A program made the translations under genes and the position numbers. The notes below the pieces were generated by a model. The model did no database searches. It was given only the letters and a program-made list of their open reading frames with translations, and was not told the origin of the DNA. A stretch of DNA of 64,000 nt from an uncultured Verrucomicrobiae bacterium (GTDB lineage Bacteria > Verrucomicrobiota > Verrucomicrobiia > Chthoniobacterales > UBA10450), in assembly GCA_963735805.1 (NCBI GenBank), contig CAVTMK010000002.1, positions 128,001-192,000 on the forward strand, read 5' to 3'. Shown here piece after piece: positions 57,201 to 64,000 of the stretch; the first letter of the stretch is position 1; each line of letters opens with the position of its first letter.

Positions 57201-57402
57201 GGAATCGACGACGCGGCTGTTTAACGACGTCCAAGGCGCAGATGCTGCGCCAACACCCGCGGTCAAGGCAGCTGTCGCGGATCTGCAAACAAAAATCGGA
57301 CCGACGATGGACGCGTGGCAGAAATTACTCGAATCCGATCTACCCGCGTTCAATCAGCAATTGAAGCAGGCGGGGTTTCTGGAAATCAAAAAAGAGGGTT
57401 GA
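54232..57402 (+). CDS. Secreted BNR/Asp-box (VPS10-like) glycosyl hydrolase
   Basis: WRNIGP.RGGR, many S.DGGKTW boxes and ATHGRGFWILD. Confidence 0.88.
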   Translation: MRSLRNAIVIGSAIFLGLGQARAGEFDSILRWRNIGPYRGGRTRAIAGVPSQPNVFYMGPVNGGVFKSIDYGRTWEPIFDDQPTASVGAIAVSISNPNVVYVGSGEGLHRPDLSIGDGIYKSTDAGKTWTHLGLRNGQQIAQLAVDPKNPDRIFVAVAGHPYGPNEERGIYRSLDGGKTLEKVLYRDENVGASDVLIDPDNPQIVYAGLWESREGPWENGVFNGDGGGIFKSTDGGKTWRQLTKGLPAHIVQANIAIAPSTPKTLFAAVRTKTVSKLYRSDDAGETWSGTTDDPRPGLGIGGGDLPVVRFDPKNPQIVYSASIVCWRSTDGGKTWDGWRGAPGGDDYQNVWINPNNSDIILLGADQGAIVTVNGGKSWSSWYNQPTAQLYHVSADNAFPYRLYSGQQESGSVGIKSRGDEGEITFRDWQPVAAEEYGYVVADPLDAEIIIGGKLTRFDRRTGQAQNILPVPVQTEGFRMLRTEPVVYSPLDPHLLFFAGNTLWQTPDRGDHWEKISPDLSRPNCELPVSIGKYKEDAMKQVHRRGVIYTVAPSPLDANRIWCGTDDGLIHLTTDAGKTWTNVTPPNISAWQKISLIETGHFDSNTAYAAVNTMRIDDQRPHIFATHDGGKTWTEIATGVPAGEIVNAIREDPERKGLLFAGTEKGVYVSFDDGANWESLRLNLPASSVRDLIVKNDDLIVATHGRGFWILDNITPLRQFAAEAGVAVPGERVASGTVAVRARGYNENLLFKPQTALRIRANLNTDTPLPPDEPAGENPTDGAMIDYFLSKDATGPVTIEIKDGKGQLIRKYSSTDALVEANPQRLRIPRYWIRPLQSVATKSGMHRFLWDMHYTPIPGVEPEFPMQATYGNTAPTATSPWILPGDYTVALTVDDKTFNQPLNVTMDPRVKSSAADLQEQFDLSWQLYQLRLKLAPIGKKFDEIAEQLTKLRAKAAERPDITQKLEAFAQTLMKFGPPHPRPGAPPSLFVLESTTRLFNDVQGADAAPTPAVKAAVADLQTKIGPTMDAWQKLLESDLPAFNQQLKQAGFLEIKKEG

Positions 57403-57442
57403 ACAGACAACCTGTAGGCGCGGCCGTTGACCGCGCCCTGTA

Positions 57443-57724
57443 TTACCGCCAGTGATTACGTGAACGCCAATAGGCCTGGCGTCCGTAGAACCGATGGGCA
57501 CCATAGAACCCAAAACGCGGTCGATAATAGCGATAACCCGGCGCAACGACGGCTCCAAGGACAGGTAGAGGAACATATACAACGGGTCGCGGCGGCGCGT
57601 AATTGTAAATCGGCGCGGGAGCACGGTAAGGCTCAATCATCTCGGTGCCGGCATTCAAGCGCGGACAAGATGCAAACCCGAACGCCAGAACCGTCAACGC
57701 CATCACCGCAAATTTCTTTCCCAT
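57443..57724 (-). CDS. Small secreted Pro/Tyr/Arg-rich hypothetical protein
   Basis: Signal-like N-terminus and biased composition. Confidence 0.55.
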   Translation of the reverse strand: MGKKFAVMALTVLAFGFASCPRLNAGTEMIEPYRAPAPIYNYAPPRPVVYVPLPVLGAVVAPGYRYYRPRFGFYGAHRFYGRQAYWRSRNHWR

Positions 57725-57830
57725 GAGTCGATATTTCTCCCGGTTGTTTGGCGGATTCAACCCAGCAATCGCGGCGAAGTTTCCTAAGAAATTGCCGTTG
57801 CAGCTAACGGCGCGGCTACAGCTTTAAAAA

Positions 57831-58433
57831 CTACGGGGTGGCGACCTTTTTTTCGAAAAGCGACGCGTATGCTTCGTAACCTCTGTCTTTGATTTCTTCG
57901 ACCGGAACGAAATGAAAGGCAGCCGAGTACACGACGTAACGTTGTCCCGTGGGTGATTTCGGGTCGGGAAAGACATAGCCAAGATGGGCGTTACTTCGTT
58001 TGGCATGGACCTCGGTCCGCTGCATGTCGTGCGAACTATCCATGCTCTCGCCGAGAAGATCTTTTGAGATCGGCTTGGCAAACGTGGGGAACCCGACGCC
58101 GGCGTCGAATTTGTCGATCGAAGTGAAGAGCGGTTCACCGGTAATGACGTCGACGTAGAGGCCAGTCTTCTCATTGTTCCAGAACTGATTTTGGAAAGCC
58201 CTTTGGCTGCCACCCCCGCGTACGACGGAATATTCCTCTTCCTTCAGCCGTTGTTTCAAGACGGTGTCGCTGGGGACGGGCCGGTTCGGATCGAAAGTTG
58301 TGGTCTCCTTCTTTTCTTTTTGCGCGAGAAAGAAGAAGTAGAGTCCACCGGCGATGAGCAAGATGGCAATGCCAACGCCCACGTACGTGCTAATGGCGGA
58401 TTTTTCCTCGCTGGTGATTCGCCCCCCGTGCAT
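57831..58433 (-). CDS. Membrane-anchored MsrB-like protein lacking the catalytic Cys
   Basis: GLYVD..TGEPLF.S.DKFD.G.GFPTF, RTEV, HLGYVF.D and GQRYVVYSAAF.F motifs. Confidence 0.8.
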   Translation of the reverse strand: MHGGRITSEEKSAISTYVGVGIAILLIAGGLYFFFLAQKEKKETTTFDPNRPVPSDTVLKQRLKEEEYSVVRGGGSQRAFQNQFWNNEKTGLYVDVITGEPLFTSIDKFDAGVGFPTFAKPISKDLLGESMDSSHDMQRTEVHAKRSNAHLGYVFPDPKSPTGQRYVVYSAAFHFVPVEEIKDRGYEAYASLFEKKVATP

Positions 58434-58607
58434 CAGATCGCCTTCAACATGATTGAATCAGAGGTTGGACGCGTCAGTCAAGACGGAACAGGTCTTGATC
58501 TTCACTTTTGGCAGTTGGGGCGTCTCATATAGTAGCCAAGGCGCTATGGACCGTTCTAGTTCGTGCGACTACCGATCGTCGACGGCCTGCGCTTAGGCTC
58601 AGGCTAA

Positions 58608-60161
58608 CTACGGCGACGGGCGAGGCCGTGGAGTGGGGCGGGGCCGCGGAGTAGCTCGTGGCGTCACAGTTGGGGTGGCTGTTGGTGTTACGGTCGGGCT
58701 CGGGCCAGGTGTTACACTCGGGCTCGCAGTAGGCGTTGGTGTCACAGTTGAGGTTGGCGTTGCAGTGGGCGTCGGTGTCGGCGTCGGCACTGGAAGACCT
58801 TCGGCGTCGAGGTAGCGGGCCAGTGCAAGGTCGGCGAACAGCTCGAGGCCGGTCGCCTGGAAACCGACAGCCACAATCTTCCCATCGGGCTGAAAAACGG
58901 CTCCGTTGGCTCCGCCATTCAAATCACCAAACGAAGTCCTGACTTTGCCGCCGGCGCCAAACGTCGGATCGAGTGAGCCGTCCGAGGTCAAACGCGCCAG
59001 CAAGAAATCGGAATCGGACGATTCTGTGTTCGCGTAACCGACGGTGATGATTTTGCCATTAGGCTGCAGAAGAACTTTGTTGGCGCTCTGGCAACAGCTG
59101 CCGAAGTCGATTTGCGTCATCCCGCCGGTACCGAAGTTGGTGTCGAGAACTCCGCGGGAGTCATAACGCGCGACAGCGAAATTCTGGACTCCTCCGTTTT
59201 GAGAGATAGCGAATCCAGCAGCGACAATCCGGCCGTCGGGTTGAAGCGCGGCCGAGCGCGCGCGATCGAAGTTTTGATCGCCGAAGTCAGTGTGCACTCT
59301 TCCAGCCACGCCGAATGTCGTATCGAGGGCGCCATTACTGAGATAACGCACCGCGGCGAAGTCGTAGAAAGCCGCAGGATCATTGGCGGAGCCGACCGCG
59401 ACAATTTTTCCGTCGGGTTGGATCAAGACCGAAAAAGCATCGTCTTCCAAACCGAAAAAATCGGTTGAAACCTGGCCGCCATTACCAAATGTGGCGTCCG
59501 CGGTTCCATCCGGATTGTAGCGTGCCAGCGCAAAATCGGTATTGGAAGAATCGCCAGGATTGAACTTAACGAAGACGGTCCCGGCGGCAATGATCTTGCC
59601 GTCAGGCTGCAAGGCCACGTCAGACGCGTAACTACCCTCTGGAAAAGTCGTCGTTACAATGCCGCCCTCTCCAAAGGAAGCATCGAGCAATCCGTTCGAG
59701 TTGTAACGGACCACTTTGAAATCGCCTAGGAACGTAAAAAGCGGAAAGGCACCGCCCGCGACCACGATCTTTCCGTCGGGTTGAACGACGACCGATGACG
59801 CCACCGCAGCCAGGCCGGGGAAATCTGTTTGCACTTTGCCGGCCACGCCGAAAGTTTTGTCCAGCGTGCCATCCGGATTGTAGCGGGCGATGGCGAAATC
59901 TTCGCCGGAAAAGTCATTGTTGATATACGTCGTCCCGACGACAACCAATTTCCCATCCGCCTGAATGGCCACCGCATTAGCGATATCTGTGCTGTGATCA
60001 AAATCGGTCAGCACTTTACCCTCGGTCCCGAATGTCGGATCAACGTCTCCATCGGCTGCTTGCGCGATCTGTCCACTCGTTATCAGGACCGTTACTGCCG
60101 AGGCACAGATCATCAGGACGTGAGTGGTGAGCGCGCATCGTTGTGAGACGGCGACTTGCAT
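58608..60161 (-). CDS. Secreted delta-60 (DUF5122) repeat beta-propeller with Pro/Thr/Arg tail
   Basis: About seven Q.DGKIV.AG...ARY..DG.LD.TFG..G repeats. Confidence 0.88.
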   Translation of the reverse strand: MQVAVSQRCALTTHVLMICASAVTVLITSGQIAQAADGDVDPTFGTEGKVLTDFDHSTDIANAVAIQADGKLVVVGTTYINNDFSGEDFAIARYNPDGTLDKTFGVAGKVQTDFPGLAAVASSVVVQPDGKIVVAGGAFPLFTFLGDFKVVRYNSNGLLDASFGEGGIVTTTFPEGSYASDVALQPDGKIIAAGTVFVKFNPGDSSNTDFALARYNPDGTADATFGNGGQVSTDFFGLEDDAFSVLIQPDGKIVAVGSANDPAAFYDFAAVRYLSNGALDTTFGVAGRVHTDFGDQNFDRARSAALQPDGRIVAAGFAISQNGGVQNFAVARYDSRGVLDTNFGTGGMTQIDFGSCCQSANKVLLQPNGKIITVGYANTESSDSDFLLARLTSDGSLDPTFGAGGKVRTSFGDLNGGANGAVFQPDGKIVAVGFQATGLELFADLALARYLDAEGLPVPTPTPTPTATPTSTVTPTPTASPSVTPGPSPTVTPTATPTVTPRATPRPRPTPRPRPSP

Positions 60162-60340
60162 AGATTTTCCTTTGCTTTCCTTGAAGTCTCATAACGAGGT
60201 GGGTCGTCTCTTCCAAACGCAGCGTAGTAACAAACCTGTTACAATTGTGAAGCGGTGAAATGAGGCTACCTCTCAATACAGCAGAACTGAAAGAGACCGG
60301 TAAATTGCTGCGCGGCCAATTCAGATATTTCTTGGGTGTC

Positions 60341-60841
60341 ATGTCGATCGTTACAACCTATCTTGAAATGGGTTCACCGGACCAACTCCGCCCGAAGCGA
60401 TGCGCGAATCCGCGGTTCGAAGTGCGCGAGAAGAAAGAGCGCGATTGGCGGTTTAATCGGGACCTCTATCTGGCTGTTGGCGAAATGTGGGCGTGGAACG
60501 ACAGACGCGCGTGGAGCGACGAGCAATGGAAGGAGTACGGCCTTACACCGGAGTTACGGACTTTCGCCGCGTATTACGACAACTCGCTTGCAGGCTATTA
60601 TGAACTGCGTGGCGACGATGAAGGAGGCGTTGAGATCGCTTACTTTGGTTTGCTACCAGGGTTTATCGGTCGGGGGCTGGGAGGAGCATTGTTAACCAGC
60701 GCGATCGAAGAAGCGTGGCGAACGTCTCCTCTGGTCTCCCGCGTCTGGGTGCATACCTGCACGCTTGATCATTCGAGTGCGTTAAGCAATTACCAGGCTC
60801 GCGGCATGGTGATTTATAAGCGGGAAATAACAGAAACCTGA
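60341..60841 (+). CDS. GNAT-family acetyltransferase
   Basis: EIAYFGL.P.FIGRGLGG.LL and WVHTCTLDH..AL.NY..RG motifs. Confidence 0.88.
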   Translation: MSIVTTYLEMGSPDQLRPKRCANPRFEVREKKERDWRFNRDLYLAVGEMWAWNDRRAWSDEQWKEYGLTPELRTFAAYYDNSLAGYYELRGDDEGGVEIAYFGLLPGFIGRGLGGALLTSAIEEAWRTSPLVSRVWVHTCTLDHSSALSNYQARGMVIYKREITET

Positions 60842-60962
60842 AGATTTTTGCCGTTGTCGCTGGACTGCGATGCCTGTGGACATGTGCGATGCCCACCAAC
60901 AAGCCGCACGGTTCATGGAAACCATGCGGCTTTTTATTCGTGATATTTCAGGAACGCGCGGC

Positions 60963-61328
60963 TTAATCGACAACGACGTGGTCGACCATACGCAGATCGC
61001 CCATGTTCACATAAAAAACACGAACGCGAGTGCCGGGTTTGATCGCGGTTTGGATCACTTCGCCGTACTTGTTCACGACGTGACCAGGTCCGTTGAGCAC
61101 ATAAGTGCCTGGACTATTCGAATTGTCCTCGCGAACGACCAGAGTTTTGACCGGCTGGTAATTAGCAGCCGATCCATCCTGAATCGCCGTGATGATCGTT
61201 CCCGTCACCGTTATCGGTTGTTCTGTGACACTTGTTGTTTGTTGATTTTGTGTCGAACGCGACTGGGCGAATGCCACCGGTGCAATGAGTGCGCCGCAGG
61301 CGAGTATAACAATTGTCTTGTTGATCAT
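60963..61328 (-). CDS. Secreted hypothetical (OB-fold-like) protein
   Basis: AGGAGG RBS and signal peptide. Confidence 0.7.
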   Translation of the reverse strand: MINKTIVILACGALIAPVAFAQSRSTQNQQTTSVTEQPITVTGTIITAIQDGSAANYQPVKTLVVREDNSNSPGTYVLNGPGHVVNKYGEVIQTAIKPGTRVRVFYVNMGDLRMVDHVVVD

Positions 61329-61540
61329 AATGGCCTCCTTTGTTGTTGCTAACGCTACGCTCGTTAGACATTCGGCTTAACTTCACCGTTCAACATTCGT
61401 TAGGCCGGATCGGTTTTGCTCACCACCTCCAAACCGGTTTGGTAACAGAGTTGTTACCACTCTGCGAATGCCCGTCCCGGACGGCTTCCCGTCAAACGTT
61501 GCCATCAAGGCATTACTTGTGGTTGTCTCTGTTTGCAGTG

Positions 61541-61853
61541 ATGGCCCGAGAATTCAAACCCGTGCGGTTTTTTGTGATGATGGCAGTTACGGCGTTTGTC
61601 GTCTGTGGAGTGACGGCCTTTTACACTCACGGCGACTCAGGGCAGAACTGCGGAAGAGCGGTCAGCCTATGCAATCGGGGTGAAAGCGGGAGAGAGCGCC
61701 TCCGTGGACGCTACGTTGCCGACGGCCGCTGAGTTAAATATGATGGCTCAAAAGTATTTCAAACAGCAAGGCACCGGTGACCAGCAGAATTGGGACATGG
61801 GCTTCGAAAACGGTTATGCGGATGGGTTTAAGAAAACGCATCGGTCGCCGTGA
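61541..61853 (+). pseudogene. Small membrane-anchored hypothetical protein with a frameshift near 61630
   Basis: MAREFKPVRFFVMMAVTAFVVCGVTAFYTH continues in another frame as ATQGRTAEERSAYAIG...GFENGYADGFKKTHRSP*. Confidence 0.55.
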
Positions 61854-61963
61854 ACGACCGTAGTCTTGTTTTCGAAGTGAACTATCCACGGCGCTTGTGC
61901 GCCGCGACCGACACGCGGCTGGATTTTGAACGGCTATCGTCGCGCAACTGTCTAGGTTTCACC

Positions 61964-62284
61964 ATGATGAAACTCATTGCGTTAATAACGGCGGGGCTCT
62001 TTGCTGCAGGCACGATGTTCGCGGGCGAACATGGCAACTGCACAAAGCAGGCCGGCAACGAAGCGAAAGCGGCGTGTCAGGTCTCATTGGCCAGTCTCAA
62101 TCTGACACCTGACCAAAAATCAAAGATGGATGCTGCCATGCAGGAGCATCACAAGGCCGGTTGTTCGGAAGCGAGCGAGAGCAAATACATGCAGGAGGCA
62201 AAAACAATCCTGACCAAGGAGCAGTTCGCAAAGTTCAAAGCCGAATGCAAAGGCAAAGCCGAGAAAGGCAGCACCGAGACCTGA
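61964..62284 (+). CDS. Secreted small helical protein (Spy/CpxP-like LTxxQ motifs)
   Basis: Signal peptide; LNLTPDQK and ILTKEQ motifs; four Cys. Confidence 0.65.
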   Translation: MMKLIALITAGLFAAGTMFAGEHGNCTKQAGNEAKAACQVSLASLNLTPDQKSKMDAAMQEHHKAGCSEASESKYMQEAKTILTKEQFAKFKAECKGKAEKGSTET

Positions 62285-62426
62285 TCTCCGATTACAATCA
62301 GATTAACCCTTCGCGCCGAGAGCAATCTCGGCGCGTTCCGTGTACAAGTCAGCGACCTCGGGTCCGGTTCCTTGATCTGAGTGTTATTGACGGCGCATGC
62401 CGCTGTCGGTAGAACGCCAGCCAGGA

Positions 62427-62795
62427 ATGAATCCACCGCCTGTGCCAGTTCGAAAACGTTTCCCATGGATTTTTTATTGGATCGTTCTCGCCCTCATCAT
62501 TCTCTTCGCTGTTGCCCCGATGGGTTCGGTGATCACATGCGCATGGATCGCAAATTCCCACGGCTGCAAAGTCGACGAAGGCTCAGTGCATCCATGCATC
62601 ATCAACGGACAGGATTATGGTCAGCTCCTTTACACTCTCGGAGTATTAGGTTGGCTGATGCTCGTCACTATTCCTGGCGGTGCTTTCGCATTCATTGTTT
62701 GGCTGATTGTTCTCATTCTGCATCGGGAAAAGTGGCGAAAGCGATTCGGGTCGAGTGCTCCTCCTCCAATTCCCCCTCCGCCTGCCCCGATATGA
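62427..62795 (+). CDS. Hypothetical membrane protein
   Basis: Two TM segments flanking a GC.VDEGSVHPC loop. Confidence 0.7.
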   Translation: MNPPPVPVRKRFPWIFYWIVLALIILFAVAPMGSVITCAWIANSHGCKVDEGSVHPCIINGQDYGQLLYTLGVLGWLMLVTIPGGAFAFIVWLIVLILHREKWRKRFGSSAPPPIPPPPAPI

Positions 62796-62920
62796 AACGG
62801 TATCAGATCGGGCGAATCGCCGGTGACGCCGTGTCTATTCGAAAACAGGCCGCAGCCAATGTCAGCGGTTACAGTTTTTGCGGCTGACATCGCCGACGCT
62901 GCACGCGAAGATTCGCGCTA

Positions 62921-64000
62921 ATGAAAGACCTTACCCAAGGCTCGGTGACCAGTCATTTGCTGCATATGTCAGCGTTCCTGGCCATGAGCATGGTGGTGCA
63001 GACTCTTTATTTGCTCGCCGACCTCTATTGGGTGGGACACCTAGGGAAGGAAGCAATCGCAGCAGTTGGTCTCGCGGGCAATATCACGATGATTGTGCTG
63101 GCGCTTACCCAAATGCTGGGTGTCGGAACAACTACCTTGATCTCGCAAGCTGCTGGTAGAAAAGATCAGCCCCATGCAGAGCTGGCTTTCAATCAGTCAT
63201 TTGTCATGTCGATGGTGATCGCGCTCGCGTTGGGTGTTGTGGGGTTCATCTTGCGTCCTGCCTACTGTGATTGGTTAAGCGCGGATACAGACACAGCTAC
63301 GCTGGCGAAGGCGTATCTCCTCTGGTTTCTTCCCGGTCTTTTGTTGCAGTTTCCTTTGGTGGCGCTGGGCTCCGCATTGCGCGCGACCGGCATTATTAAG
63401 CCAGCAGTTGGATTCCAGGTGCTCAGCGTGCTGCTGAACATTGTGCTCGCCCCGTTATTGATTTTCGGAATCGGTCCGTGGCCCAAACTCGGCGTAACCG
63501 GCGCGGCGTTGGCTACATTCATTTCCATTCTCGTTGCCAACGTGTTGATAATAATTTATTTCGAAAGGAAATATCACTATCTGCGTTTTCGTTTTCCGCT
63601 GTTTCGCCCGCAGATCAAAATTTGGCGAGGAATACTGCGGATTGGTGTGCCGGCTGGAGCAGAGTTTCTGCTCCTTTTTGTGTACATCATAATCGTTTAC
63701 GCGATCATTCGGGGCTTTGGACCGGCGGCTCAAGCAGGCTTCGGAATCGGCGCACGTGTGATGCAGGCGCTTTTTTTGCCGGTGGTGGCGCTCAGCTTTG
63801 CTGTTTCGCCCGTGGTGGGCCAGAACTTCGGTGGCCGTCGCGCGGATCGAGTCCGGCATTCCGTTTATTCTGCAATTGGCATCGCATCGTTGATGATGCT
63901 GGTGCTGACGCTGCTTGCGTTCTTCGTTCCGGGAAGGTTGATTCGTTTTTTCTCAAGCGATCCGCGAGTCATTGCCTTCGGCAGCGAATATCTTCGGATC
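62921..64000 (+). CDS. MATE-family efflux transporter (runs off the window end)
   Basis: MKDLTQGS...LY.LAD..WVG.LG.EAIAAVG, LNIVL.P.LIFG....LGV.GAA.AT and GQN.G motifs. Confidence 0.9.
   Translation, partial: MKDLTQGSVTSHLLHMSAFLAMSMVVQTLYLLADLYWVGHLGKEAIAAVGLAGNITMIVLALTQMLGVGTTTLISQAAGRKDQPHAELAFNQSFVMSMVIALALGVVGFILRPAYCDWLSADTDTATLAKAYLLWFLPGLLLQFPLVALGSALRATGIIKPAVGFQVLSVLLNIVLAPLLIFGIGPWPKLGVTGAALATFISILVANVLIIIYFERKYHYLRFRFPLFRPQIKIWRGILRIGVPAGAEFLLLFVYIIIVYAIIRGFGPAAQAGFGIGARVMQALFLPVVALSFAVSPVVGQNFGGRRADRVRHSVYSAIGIASLMMLVLTLLAFFVPGRLIRFFSSDPRVIAFGSEYLRI

Noticed and set aside
57925..57945. Selenocysteine MsrB
   Set aside because: The catalytic position is GTC (Val), not TGA.
1..64000. 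tRNA, rRNA, reverse transcriptase/DGR or transposase genes
   Set aside because: No recognisable motifs seen by eye; a tRNAscan/Infernal run would be needed to exclude them fully.

Overview
A 64-kb, GC-rich bacterial window. Gene content, the ECF/Ser-Thr kinase pair, the omega-subunit type and many Pro/Thr/Arg-tailed secreted proteins point to a soil Verrucomicrobium (Chthoniobacterales, 'Ca. Udaeobacter'-like); this assignment is inference only. Most of it is ordinary housekeeping, transport and secreted-protein genes. I found no rRNA, tRNA, cas, integrase or transposase gene. The unusual part is ~20.6-31 kb, a mosaic of small gene modules separated by a dispersed ~82-bp repeat (TTGAAACTC...CTTCTATGTCGC...GCTCCATT) and by two extra copies of the DinB gene's 3' end. 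The modules carry (1) an antitoxin plus a truncated RelE/ParE toxin abutting an RpoZ-like gene, (2) an XRE regulator with a perfect operator palindrome, a conserved uncharacterised 427-aa protein and a stand-alone beta-clamp-like domain, and (3) a head-to-head mini-kinase/small-protein pair sharing one CATG. Other notable items: a conserved ~95-nt structured leader in front of two unrelated secreted-protein genes, GTAG-type REPs that supply stop codons or sit in-frame in genes, a membrane-anchored MsrB without its catalytic Cys, two sub-50-aa ORFs missed by the ORF track, and two frameshifted genes. All family calls come from motif recognition by eye; no searches were run.
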